A DNA stretch of 36,456 nt from Octopus bimaculoides (taxonomy: Eukaryota): NCBI RefSeq assembly GCF_001194135.2, contig NC_068993.1, positions 47,353,337 through 47,389,792 of the forward strand, in the 5' to 3' direction. The translations under genes and the position numbers were made by a program. Positions 23,085-34,736 of the stretch are shown piece by piece; position 1 is the stretch's first letter, and each line of letters opens with the position of its first letter. The notes beneath the pieces were generated by a model, which saw nothing but the letters and a program-made list of their open reading frames with translations, did no database searches and was not told where the DNA came from.

Positions 23085-23777
23085 TGATGATTCGAACAAG
23101 GTGTCACAATGGCAACATCATGACCGCTGCTCAGTGCTCTGTGGTCACTGTAAAGTTCAGCTGCTATGGAAGCTACGAAGCTCTGACCAACAAAAAGGGA
23201 CGTATCAGGTATTCTGATTGTGTCACACGCCGTAATTGATCTGCACATCTATGAACAGAGCTTTAGGTTAATTTCAGATAGCTATGTGAAGAGTGCCTTG
23301 TGAAGATCCAGCCGGGTGGTCAGAAATTGGCTGCAATGCCATATGGTCATATGGCAGCGACTTACTGCTCCTAGGTATACCCCACGAAGAATGGTAGTGG
23401 AAGAATTTCTACGACTTTACCAGTCACAGTTTCTGGCCTTGTAATTCTCTTGATTGTAATCCTATGGAATACTCTGTGCGCGGCGTGGTTCAGAAATATA
23501 TCTACCTCTCTACCTGCACTATCAAGGTCAAGACGAGTGACAAAGTCAAGCTGTTCGAAGATCTTCCCAGGGACAGAATGAGCAACGCATGTGCCAGGTT
23601 CCAGAACCGTCTTCAGGCCGTGGTGGATTCTGAAGACGGCTACCATGTGTAAACTGTTATCACCTTAATTGATATTTTTTTGATTTTGAAAAATAACTTT
23701 AATTTTTGATGGGATATGATATTTTGTTTTCTTTTCACATTTCGGCAAGCTGTCAAATTTCAGCAGAACACACTCTA
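23085..23777 (+). mobile_element. Second maT/DD37D-type transposon, internally deleted and decayed
   Basis: N-part CHNGNIMTAAQCSVVTVK..CYGSYEALTNKKGRIRYSDCV is joined directly to the C-part VIDLHIYEQSFRLISDSYVK...KNFYDFTSHSFWPCNSLDCNPMEYSVRGVV...FEDLPRDRMSNACARFQNRLQAVVDSEDGYHV* (stop at 23650-23652). Probable right TIR ends ~23777. Confidence 0.82.
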
Positions 23778-24200
23778 CTAAGAAAGGGTTTTGACTAGTA
23801 TAGGTATTTACTGCTTTCTTTCAGACAGAAAACAAAGCTTTTTGTTCGATTTTTGTGGCTATTTCTATGATTCTTTTATCATATTTTACAAAAGTGTACA
23901 TTTTATATTTGACTTTTAGATTTGGGACTCAGGTTTTTTTTCTTTTATTGTAAATACAACATTTGTATATCGATTTTGTGTGGTGTATTCTAATCACAGT
24001 CATTATTTTTATTCTTTCCTTTTGTCTTACAAATTCGTTTAGACTTCAATTAAAAATAGATTTCTGGGATCCATCTTAATATGTATAATGTGTATTTTAT
24101 CATTTAGCTCTGTTTAACTAATAATCGAAGCCCATAATGTGTTCCGTTATGATATTTTCCTTTACGTCTATGAACATTGTGTATTGCCTAGTTCATTGTG

Positions 24201-24420
24201 TACCAGGGCGCACTGAAAAGTTCCTGGCTTTGGGTTAAAGAAAATAAAGGAGGATCAGTTAATTACGATTTTATTCAACATATTCCCCTATCAGTTCACC
24301 TTCTTATTGCAGAGCACCCCCTGCTTTTCTAAGCCCTGTAAAAGAACTCAGAAGGCTGGGCCTCCAACCAAGCCTTTCGCGATGCCCTTAAAGCCAGGAA
24401 CTTTTCAGCACTGCCTCGTA
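24201..24420. mobile_element. Mariner-derived MITE, 220 bp including TA target sites
   Basis: Left TA|CCAGGGCGCACTGAAAAGTTCCTGGCTTT; reverse complement of right end TA|CGAGGCAGTGCTGAAAAGTTCCTGGCTTT. ~30-bp TIRs, TA at both ends, no ORF. Confidence 0.88.
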
Positions 24421-24615
24421 TGTTATCTCATTGGTCTCTAAACCGAATCTTAAAAGAAATTCTCTAGTACATCCACCGTCTATCTGCAACCGCGTTTCTA
24501 ATTACTTATTAGAACAACTTGAAGTCATCCATATATATATAAAACATGGTTCCTTATCCTACCGTGGTATTAGTACCGGCCGCCAGTGTTCTGCTTGATA
24601 GGAGGCCATAGACTC

Positions 24616-24653
24616 CTTCTTCTTCTTCTTCTTCTTCTTCTTCTTCTTCTTCT

Positions 24654-24685
<32 letters not shown>

Positions 24686-24792
24686 CACCTGCTCAAGCAC
24701 CGCTAGCATTACCAGCTGCAGCAGCAGTGGTACACCACCACCAACCACCACCACCAATCCACCACCACCACCACCACCACATATCATCAACA
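24616..24792. repeat. (TCT)n, (CAG)n, (CAC)n trinucleotide cluster
   Basis: Direct reading; explains the poly-E/poly-L/poly-G ORFs. Confidence 0.92.
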
Positions 24793-25401
24793 ACAACGCG
24801 GTCGTCATAATTTCATGCTTATTAGATTTACTGTGGTTACTGTTATCATTCTTCGTATTAATCGTAGTATTTCCATTCTTATTTTATATATAAACATTAT
24901 CACCGTTATTATCACCAATATCAAGACTATTGTAATATCTACCCCCATAATGGTGCTCATTATATCACATTCTATTTTATATTTTATAGATCATTATTTC
25001 CATATTAAAATTGACATTACTTCTCTACTGCTCCTCTCATAGTATATTAGTATTTAGTTCCATGTTAGCAGTAGTATTAGTACTCGTTGCTTTTATTATT
25101 TTGCTGGTATTTGCTATTGTAGCAATTATTAATAACCGTGTGAAATAAGCATAAGTTACAAGTCTGTTTGATGTCAAAAAACAGCAGAAAAACATCAAGG
25201 CATTCTTCAACATATATCGATCGAGTAACAATGTTTTCCCTCTCTTTTTCCCTCTCTCTGTTACGCTCCTTCTTTCAATCACTCTCTCTCTCTCTCTCTC
25301 TTCGTATCTTTCTCTCTCTTCAGCACACTCCCCTCTGTGTGCGTGTGTGTGTGTCTCTCTCTGTATATACTTTCCTTCTGTCAGTTTCTCCCATCTGCAC
25401 A

Positions 25402-25517
25402 GTCTTCTTCTTCTTCTTCTTCTTCTTCTTCTTCTTCTTCTTCTTCTTCTTCTTCTTCTTCTTCTTCTTCTTCTTCTTCTTCTTCTTCTTCTTCTTCTTC
25501 TTCTTCTTCTTCTTCTT
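25402..25517. repeat. (TCT)n microsatellite running into the largest gap (25518-26403)
   Basis: Direct reading. Confidence 0.97.
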
Positions 25518-26929
25518 NNNNNNNNNNNNNNNNNNNNNNNNNNNNNNNNNNNNNNNNNNNNNNNNNNNNNNNNNNNNNNNNNNNNNNNNNNNNNNNNNNN
25601 NNNNNNNNNNNNNNNNNNNNNNNNNNNNNNNNNNNNNNNNNNNNNNNNNNNNNNNNNNNNNNNNNNNNNNNNNNNNNNNNNNNNNNNNNNNNNNNNNNNN
25701 NNNNNNNNNNNNNNNNNNNNNNNNNNNNNNNNNNNNNNNNNNNNNNNNNNNNNNNNNNNNNNNNNNNNNNNNNNNNNNNNNNNNNNNNNNNNNNNNNNNN
25801 NNNNNNNNNNNNNNNNNNNNNNNNNNNNNNNNNNNNNNNNNNNNNNNNNNNNNNNNNNNNNNNNNNNNNNNNNNNNNNNNNNNNNNNNNNNNNNNNNNNN
25901 NNNNNNNNNNNNNNNNNNNNNNNNNNNNNNNNNNNNNNNNNNNNNNNNNNNNNNNNNNNNNNNNNNNNNNNNNNNNNNNNNNNNNNNNNNNNNNNNNNNN
26001 NNNNNNNNNNNNNNNNNNNNNNNNNNNNNNNNNNNNNNNNNNNNNNNNNNNNNNNNNNNNNNNNNNNNNNNNNNNNNNNNNNNNNNNNNNNNNNNNNNNN
26101 NNNNNNNNNNNNNNNNNNNNNNNNNNNNNNNNNNNNNNNNNNNNNNNNNNNNNNNNNNNNNNNNNNNNNNNNNNNNNNNNNNNNNNNNNNNNNNNNNNNN
26201 NNNNNNNNNNNNNNNNNNNNNNNNNNNNNNNNNNNNNNNNNNNNNNNNNNNNNNNNNNNNNNNNNNNNNNNNNNNNNNNNNNNNNNNNNNNNNNNNNNNN
26301 NNNNNNNNNNNNNNNNNNNNNNNNNNNNNNNNNNNNNNNNNNNNNNNNNNNNNNNNNNNNNNNNNNNNNNNNNNNNNNNNNNNNNNNNNNNNNNNNNNNN
26401 NNNTATATATATATGTATATAGCAATTAAATCTGTCTCAATTTTCTCTCTACCTTTCCGCACTTTCTCTCTCTTCCTCTCCCCTCTCTCTCTATCTCATA
26501 TTTATATATACTTCCAGTGCTTTTTGTCATGTTTGGTGCCTCCACCTCTCTCCCTTCTTTATATCTCACTTCCACTTATTAATTGCTTCTTTCCTTTTCT
26601 TTTCTATTTATTTCCCTATACTTTGTGTCAATCAATCAATTCCCTCTGTATCATTTACCAATTATTCGTCAATTCTCTTAACCCAATTATCATTATATGT
26701 TACATTTTCTCTAATTTATGTTAATATCCTTCTATACGTTACTCACTGTCCCTTCTCTCTACTTCTGTCACTTCTGTCTCTGTCTTTTACCTGAGACAGA
26801 TATACAAATACATTGAATTCACACATTTTCCTTTCATACTCTCTCAATTTCGTCGTATATCAATCTCAATGTATTTCTCTGATGCCTTGCCAAGCAATCT
26901 AGTCTCCCAAGAGAAATCCTTGCACTTGC

Positions 26930-27018
26930 TTCTCTCTCTGTCTCTGTCTGTCTGTCTGTCTCTGTCTGTCTGTCTGTCTCTGTCTGTCTGTCTGTCTCTG
27001 TCTGTCTGTCTGTCTGTC
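26930..27018. repeat. (CTGT)n with 18-bp higher-order period
   Basis: TCTCTGTCTGTCTGTCTG repeated about 4 times. Confidence 0.88.
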
Positions 27019-27047
27019 TTTTTCTTAGCACTTTCTTGGCACCCTCT

Positions 27048-27734
27048 GTCGTGGCTCTCCCTTTCTCTCTCGTGGGTCTCCCTGTAGTGGGTCTCCCTGT
27101 CGTGGGTCTCCCTGTCGTGGGTTTCCATGTCGTGGGTCTCCCTGTCGTGGGTCTCCCTGTCGTGGGTCTCCTTGTCGTGGGTCTCCTTGTCGTGGCTCTC
27201 CCTGTCATGGCTCTCCTTTCCTGTCTCTTGCCTNNNNNNNNNNNNNNNNNNNNNNNNNNNNNNNNNNNNNNNNNNNNNNNNNNNNNNNNNNNNNNNNNNN
27301 NNNNNNNNNNNNNNNNNNNNNNNNNNNNNNNNNNNNNNNNNNNNNNNNNNNNNNNNNNNNNNNNNNNNNNNNNNNNNNNNNNNNNNNNNNNNNNNNNNNN
27401 NNNNNNNNNNNNNNNNNNNNNNNNNNNNNNNNNNNNNNNNNNNNNNNNNNNNNNNNNNNNNNNNNNNNNNNNNNNNNNNNNNNNNNNNNNNNNNNNNNNN
27501 NNNNNNNNNNNNNTGGGTCTCCTTGTCGTGGGTCTCCCTGTTGTGGGTTTCCATGTCGTGGGTCTCCCTGTCGTGGGTCTCCCTGTCGTGGGTCTCCTTG
27601 TCGTGGGTCTCCCTGTCGTGGGTCTCCTTGTCGTGAGTCTCCCTGTCGTGGGTCTCCCTGTCGTGGGTCTCCTTGTCGTGGGTCTCCTTGTCGTGGCTCT
27701 CCCTGTCATGGCTCTCCTTTCCTGTCTCTTGCCT
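27048..27734. repeat. 15-bp GC-rich minisatellite (GTCGTGGGTCTCCCT)n on both sides of gap 27234-27513
   Basis: Units in exact 15-bp phase with variants ..CCTT, ..TTTCCAT, GTAG.., GTGAG..; both arrays end in the same 45-bp terminal sequence. Confidence 0.95.
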
Positions 27735-29220
27735 CTCTCACCCACTTTTGACCCTCTCAGCTTGTTCCGTCTTTCTCTTCCCATTCCCCTCTTACCGCCA
27801 TCTCTTTCCCTTCCATATCACTCTTTTGTCTCCGTTTTCCCTCCCTCTCTCTCTGTCACTCTCATCCGTCTCTCTCTTCCGTCTCTCTCATCCATCTGTC
27901 TTCCACTCTCATTTTCTCACCAATTCTATTTTATTCTCGCTAAACCACTCTTCATCTTTCTTTCTCAATTAATTTCCCCACTTCTCTCTCTCTCCTTTCT
28001 CCCAAACTCACTACACTGCACAACTCCTCACCTCACACACTCTCTCATCCTCTGGTTACGCAGTGTTGTCCCTCTTCATCTCTCAACAACATCTGCTCCG
28101 CATTCGCCAGCTCTCCAACTACTCTCTCTCTCTCTCACTCTCTCTCTCTCATACCCACAAACACACACTCTCTCTCTCTCATACCCACAAACACACTCTC
28201 TCTCTCCCTCTCTCACCCCTTCGTATTTTCTCTTTATTTCCATCTCTCCTCAAACATCCAAACACTCAAACCACCTCATATTGACTCCTCACAACACAAT
28301 CAGTAATTGACTAATTTCCCCCACACTATCGCTCCCCAACACTCCTCTCACGCCAAATCATTCCCCCCCACCCCCTACATAAATTTCATTCAAGTTATCT
28401 CCCCCTATTTAATTTCTCCCTTTTATTCATATATTCATTGACTTAATTATTTCATTTGCCTTGTTTAATTATTTTATGTGATCGTTTCCCATTCAGAGAT
28501 TCACTGTCAAATCTGTGTTTTACTCGCTTGTTATGTGTGCGCATGACAGGTATTTGTCATATATGTGTGTATTCCTGCCAGTGTGTGTGTATGTGTGTGT
28601 GTGTCTTCGTGTGCGCATGTGCATGTGTATTTGATACGTCTTCGTCCTGTCTGCTTGTGACGTTTGCGTTGTTTAAATGTGTTTTTCCTCTATATATCTG
28701 TGATGTGTATTAATTGAATGTGTATATGTATTTATGATGCGTATTTTTATTGTGTTTATTGTCATGACTATTTGATGTGTGTATGCTTGTGTGTATGTGT
28801 GTGTTCGCCAAATATTTGGTACTGTGTGTATTTCTACTATATTTGTATGTGTGTGTAATACAAACTTCCTATATCAGTTTAAGAGACTATGTGTATGTTA
28901 TTGCCTCTGTATGTGTGCATGTGTGTACATGTGTGTACATGTGTGTATGCGTGCATGGACATATGTGTGTGGGTGTCTCTGTGCTTTGTGCAATATATGC
29001 AGGAAAGCTATTGATTTCTACTTCTTTGGTTTCGTATTTTATTATGTGTAGTTTGAATGAATCAATAATTTGTTAAATGTGACAGAAAAATATGGTGGAT
29101 TTGCAAAATTTAAAGGAAAGGAAAGAAACGAAAACAAAATAGCTTCCTTGTTTAGAAAAAGGTAGAAAACGGTGTATGAAATACGTGAGCGTCTTTGTTT
29201 ATGTGTCTATTAGCACACCG

Positions 29221-29263
<43 letters not shown>

Positions 29264-30126
29264 NNNNNNNNNNNNNNNNNNNNNNNNNNNNNNNNNNNNN
29301 NNNNNNNNNNNNNNNNNNNNNNNNNNNNNNNNNNNNNNNNNNNNNNNNNNNNNNNNNNNNNNNNNNNNNNNNNNNNNNNNNNNNNNNNNNNNNNNNNNNN
29401 NNNNNNNNNNNNNNNNNNNNNNNNNNNNNNNNNNNNNNNNNNNNNNNNNNNNNNNNNNNNNNNNNNNNNNNNNNNNNNNNNNNNNNNNNNNNNNNNNNNN
29501 NNNNNNNNNNNNNNNNNNNNNNNNNNNNNNNNNNNNNNNNNNNNNNNNNNNNNNNNNNNNNNNNNNNNNNNNNNNNNNNNNNNNNNNNNNNNNNNNNNNN
29601 NNNNNNNNNNNNNNATGTATGTACGTACGTTTATGTATGTATATATGTGTGTGCATATACACATATACACACAAAGTCATTCACTTACATATAATCTGGA
29701 TATTTGTACATTCATGAAAAATATAGTCTTGTATCATTTAATCACGTGTGGACGTATGCAGACGCTTGCACATATTCATGTACTTCTCACACAGCTATTC
29801 TGGATCTTTTAGCAATAATATTTCACCGATCTATTTGTTGAATGATTGGATGTAGACCGGTGTAAAGACAGGTGAGGAATGGAGAGTGTGTTGCCAATAC
29901 TTCGCTGCGGAACGGATACAAGCATAAACATGTTTAATATTGGACGTTGGTGAATTCGCGTCCCAAATCCAAATTATGTATATTCTTATTGCTATTCGTA
30001 TGACATGAAGACGATGCCTCAGCAAAGCATGTATTTGCTAGCTTAGTTATGTTTGAAGTTTAGGAAGATATCGTTTGGTAACATATCATGACCATAACGT
30101 AGAATATAAACAAACATAATTATATA

Positions 30127-30362
30127 GGCGCAGGAGTGGCTGTGTGATAAGTGGCTTGCTTGCCAACCACATGGGTGCAGGTTCAGTCCCACTGCGTGGC
30201 ACCCTGGGCAAGTGTCTTCTACTATAGCCTCGGGCCGACCAAGACCTTGTGAGTGGATTTAGTTGAAGGAAACTGAAAGAAGCCCGTATATATGTATATA
30301 TATATATATGTATATGTATATATATATGTATGTGTATATATATATATGCATATATATATATA

Positions 30363-30403
<41 letters not shown>

Positions 30404-30586
30404 AGGTTTGTGTGTCTGTGTTTACGTCACCGTAAGCTAGCAGTTCGGCAAAAGAGTCCGATAGAGTAAGTGCTGGGCTTGCAGAGACTGAGCTCTGGGG
30501 TCGATTTGCTCGAGAAAAGGCGGTGCCCCAGCATGGCTGCAGTCAAATGACTGAAACAAGTACAAGAGTAAAATAATAAAAGAGTA
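30127..30586 (+). mobile_element. SINE family B, full length, with internal (TA)n(TG)n tract
   Basis: Head GGCGCAGGAGTGGCTGTGTG, B-box-like GGTTCAGTCCC, CORE-like CCTGGGCAAGTGTCTT, internal microsatellite ~30287-30400, tail GCGGTGCCCCAGCATGGCTGCAGTCAAATGACTGAAACAAGTA(CAAGAGTA). Confidence 0.92.
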
Positions 30587-30655
30587 TATATTCACAAACA
30601 CACGCACGCTCACACAGAAACAGACACACACGGATGTACTACACACTTATTCGCA

Positions 30656-30953
30656 ACTGGCGCGCCGTCGCTTACGAGAACGCGGTTTCCAATTGATCTC
30701 AGTTAAAAGCCTGCTAGTGAAATTAACATGCAAGTGGCCTTGCACTCCACAGATATGCGTATCTCTTAAAGTGGTTGTCAGGGAGATTCAACGTGAAACA
30801 GAACGTGAAAATACAGGTACTCCTCATTTGTACCAGCTTAGAAGACTCGAACTCCGTGAAATAGTGTCTTCTTCCATCGGTGCCATTGGTTATCGAACTC
30901 ACGATGTTACGATCGTGAGTCGAGTATTCTGACAACTAAGCTGCACGTCTTCA
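30656..30953 (-). mobile_element. SINE family C, near full length
   Basis: Reverse complement head TGAAGACGTGCAGCTTAGTTGTCAGAATACTCGACTCACGATCGTAACATCGTGAGTTCGAT, AAGACACTATTTCAC core, and ~200-bp tail ending GCGCCAGT. Confidence 0.8.
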
Positions 30954-31013
30954 CACATTCATATATAATAAAATATATATACCCACGTTTGTGTGTATGC
31001 TTGAGCATTCATA

Positions 31014-31373
31014 TACTCTTTTACTTGTTTCAGTCATTTGACTGTGGCCATGCTGGAGCACCGCCTTTAGTGGAGCAAATCGAACCCAGGATTTATTCTT
31101 TGTTAGCCTAGTACTTATTCTGTCGGTATCTTTTGCCAAACTGCTAAGTTACGGTGATCTAAACACACCAGCATCGGTTGACAAGCGATGTTGGGGGGAC
31201 AAACACAGACACACAAACATACACACGCACATACACACACATATATATATATATATACATACATATATACGACGGGCTTCTTTCAGTTTCCGTCTACCAA
31301 ATCCACTCACAAGGCTTTGGTCGGCCCGAGGCTATAGTAGAAGACACTTGCCCATTGTGCCACACAGTGGGAC
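31014..31373 (-). mobile_element. SINE family B, 5' end lost in gap 31374-31406
   Basis: TACTCTTTTACTTGTTTCAGTCATTTGACTGTGGCCATGCTGGAGCACCGCC...GACGGGCTTCTTTCAGTTTCC...GACACTTGCCC; reverse complement of 30127-30586. Confidence 0.92.
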
Positions 31374-31406
31374 NNNNNNNNNNNNNNNNNNNNNNNNNNN
31401 NNNNNN

Positions 31407-31470
<64 letters not shown>

Positions 31471-32069
31471 ATGTTGTCTATCTTATTCTCATAACCGTCA
31501 GAAAGTACTTGCCATTTTGCCGGAGATTTCTTTCCCGCCATTGTTTCTGAGCCTCACCTGAAACTATTCTATGGTTTTGAAAATGGTTACAATAATCATT
31601 CATTGGTTCTCAGTATACTTTGATGACTAATTATTTCATACTACTTTCTTTATTAATTCATTAACTTTCTAATTATGCTGTTGTCTCTTTCATCAATATA
31701 TTTCTAATATATATATTTATTAATCCGTCTCCGAGATATATTCTAGTTTGTATATCTAAATAAAATTTATTTATTATCTATATTTATGAATAAATATTTC
31801 TTAATAATTGTAGCTTTCATCTTCGAAAGGTTTTGATGTTAAAAGAGTCCTAAATCTTGATATTTATCGATTAGGAATTCTGTTTTTTTTACCATTAACC
31901 TATTTTCGTGTGCAATTAACAAATCCCTCGGGTGTATATATCTAATTTACAATTAAACTTCAAAACCAATTTACATGTATTTTGTATCTAAATATATCTA
32001 AATAAGTATTTTGTGCGAACATCGATATCTATATTGATATATACTTATATATGTACATGTATATCTATA

Positions 32070-32650
32070 TACCAGTTTGAGTATAATAAGTTTTCGTATT
32101 TCACGCTTTAATTATTAGTTCAAACAAATTACATACTAACAACGTTTATTTATCAAAACATATCTCATCATATTCTACTGATTATCACCATTACTGTGCC
32201 AGAAACTCAAATCCAAACTTTTAGCATTTGGATGGTTTAGAGGCCAAAAACTCCCTGAACCTGTTTTCAAACTTCATCCTTGCTGAAGATGAGTTATAGC
32301 AAGTAAAATTTGTTAATCAAATGGAGCAAGAAATTCGGTACTGTAAGCAAGGTGAGGCAGCACTTCCAGCCCCATAAATTCCTCAAGTTTGAGCTTGCTT
32401 AGCTTGGCAGATTGTGCAGGGGCATTATCATGCTGTAGAAGTGTATGCTTTCTTTCAAAGCGTCTTACATACGCTGCTGTTGTTGAGCATGAACAATTCT
32501 TGCGCTTCAAGTTCTTTGACAGTTTCTGTGCCTTTCAGACCATTACTTTTCTTTTCCAACGTCCTTGCAATAAAGCCTTTTTTTTTCGGGTAAGTTCAAA
32601 TGGCTCTGATTACAATTTTATAACCACTCAGTATCAGTCCTCTAAAATAA
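32070..32650 (-). mobile_element. Mariner (DD34D-type) transposase C-terminal remnant
   Basis: LLQHDNAPAQSAKLSKLKLEEFMGLEVLPHLAYSTEFLAPFD matches mariner HDNAPxH...YSPDLAPSD; downstream DEVENRFREFLASKP matches the mariner C-terminus. Boundaries approximate. Confidence 0.82.
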
Positions 32651-32744
32651 CGAATAAACATTTGTATGAGAGCATATAAACATATATATTATGCCTGTCC
32701 ACGAGTCAAATACACTCTATATTTTCATAATGATATAGTCTGAG

Positions 32745-32808
32745 ATACAGCTGGTAATACAGCTGGTAATACAGCTGGTAATACAGCTGGTAATACAGCT
32801 GGTAATAC
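32745..32808. repeat. Perfect 12-bp tandem repeat (ATACAGCTGGTA)x5.3
   Basis: Direct reading; five identical units plus ATAC. Confidence 0.97.
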
Positions 32809-32958
32809 GAGCACAACTTTGAGCGTCATTGTAGAAATATGTTATTTGTCTCGATAATAAGTAATGCTAATACTGATAGTTTCATTATATTATATTATGT
32901 AGATTATGTGAATTTTGGTAGAGTTGTTTCAGTCCCACTGTGTGGCACAATGGGCAAC

Positions 32959-33327
32959 TCTTCCATCGGTGCCATTGGTTATCGAACTCACGATGTTACG
33001 ATCGTGAGTCGAGTATTCTGACAACTAAGCTGCACGTCTTCACACATTCATATATAGTAACATATATATACCCACGTTTGTGTGTATGCTTGAGCATTCA
33101 TATACTCTTTTACTTGTTTCAGTCATTTGACTGTGGCCATGCTGGAGCACCGCCTTTAGTGGAGCAAATCGAACCCAGGATTTATTTTTTGTTAGCCTAG
33201 TACTTATTCTGTCGGTATCTTTTGCCAAACTGCTAAGTTACGGTGATCTAAACACACCAGCATCGGTTGACAAGCGATGTTGGGGGGACAAACACAGACA
33301 CACAAACATACACACGCACCTACACAC
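32959..33327. repeat. 369-bp direct duplicate of 30870-31238 (SINE C head plus SINE B tail)
   Basis: Constant offset of 2089 bp with only a handful of substitutions; includes the non-SINE spacer between the two SINEs. Confidence 0.95.
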
Positions 33328-34029
33328 NNNNNNNNNNNNNNNNNNNNNNNNNNNNNNNNNNNNNNNNNNNNNNNNNNNNNNNNNNNNNNNNNNNNNNNNN
33401 NNNNNNNNNNNNNNNNNNNNNNNNNNNNNNNNNNNNNNNNNNNNNNNNNNNNNNNNNNNNNNNNNNNNNNNNNNNNNNNNNNNNNNNNNNNNNNNNNNNN
33501 NNNNNNNNNNNNNNNNNNNNNNNNNNNNNNNNNNNNNNNNNNNNNNNNNNNNNNNNNNNNNNNNNNNNNNNNNNNNNNNNNNNNNNNNNNNNNNNNNNNN
33601 NNNNNNNNNNNNNNNNNNNNNNNNNNNNNNNNNNNNNNNNNNNNNNNNNNNNNNNNNNNNNNNNNNNNNNNNNNNNNNNNNNNNNNNNNNNNNNNNNNNN
33701 NNNNNNNNNNNNNNNNNNNNNNNNNNNNNNNNNNNNNNNNNNNNNNNNNNNNNNNNNNNNNNNNNNNNNNNNNNNNNNNNNNNNNNNNNNNNNNNNNNNN
33801 NNNNNNNNNNNNNNNNNNNNNNNNNTATATATATATATATATATATATATTTACGAATACGTGAACATATATACACTGTAATACGATTATATGCATGTGC
33901 AGAGGAGAGAAACGCAGCAGCTCAAATTTGGAATGTGTTGACAATTTTAATATTGCTAAATAGTAATAGACGGCCGTCGTAATCATCTCAAACAACTTAA
34001 TATCGCTGTTAAGCTCTACGTACACGTCC

Positions 34030-34703
34030 ACATCATCAACATCATCATTGGCTCTGTGATCATCATCATCATCATCATTATCGTCGTCGTCGTCGTCGTC
34101 ATCACTATAGTGTTGTCATGGTCCTCGTCAACCTCATAATTGCCATCGCCGTCGTTTTCATTGTTTTCTTCTTCCCATCTTCATCCTAATCCATATCTTC
34201 AATGACATCATGATCATCATCCTCCTCCTCATCATCATCATCATCTTCGTCGTCGTCATGGGCGTCGTCACAATTATTATAATCGTTCTCCGCAATAATA
34301 TTTAAATGAGCATCATCGTATAGCTCCACCTCGTCATCCTTATCATCATCGTCATCAAAATCGTCGTCATCATCATCATCATGAAGCTGGTATGATCGTC
34401 CTTGATATATCGTAATTGCCGTCAACAGTCATAAATATTAATAGTATCGTGCGGCCATCTTGCCTGCTTCGTCAATGAATAATTCAATCAACCTGGAGGT
34501 AATGATGTGACATAACAGGATGTGTACATTTACCTTTACGGGATGTTATAGCCCCTAATCAGGGAGAAGAAGATGATGATGATGATGGCAATGATGATGA
34601 CGATGATGACGATCACGACGACGGCGACGATGATGACGAAAATAATAATGATGATGATGACGATGATAATAATGGTAACAATAATGATAACAACAACAAC
34701 GAC

Positions 34704-34736
<33 letters not shown>

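Larger units (their letters stand above)
5672..33825. other. Twelve assembly gaps: 5672-6080, 6661-6941, 11352-11465, 15289-15437, 16699-16896, 19312-19449, 21830-22082, 25518-26403, 27234-27513, 29264-29614, 31374-31406, 33328-33825
   Basis: Runs of N; most abut microsatellites or repeats. Confidence 0.99.

Noticed and set aside
23051-23248. Minus-strand ORF with perfect donor CAG|GTGAGT at 23077 and an upstream AG, resembling a 172-bp exon
   Set aside because: It is antisense to recognisable maT transposase sequence. Exonisation is possible but unsupported without transcripts.
27048-27734. Regular repeat array considered as a CRISPR
   Set aside because: Tandem units without unique spacers, no cas genes, eukaryotic context.
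26834-28310. Long ORFs (316-424 aa) with mucin-like RPTTG or hydrophobic GLPVV repeats
   Set aside because: Produced by a stop-free 15-bp minisatellite, an N gap and CT-rich low-complexity flanks.
29795-29871. Acceptor/donor pair ending CAG|GTGAGG
   Set aside because: All three frames contain stops for both candidate acceptors.
5578-33881. All ORFs containing long X runs or YI/CV/HT/LS dipeptide runs
   Set aside because: Artefacts of N gaps and dinucleotide microsatellites.
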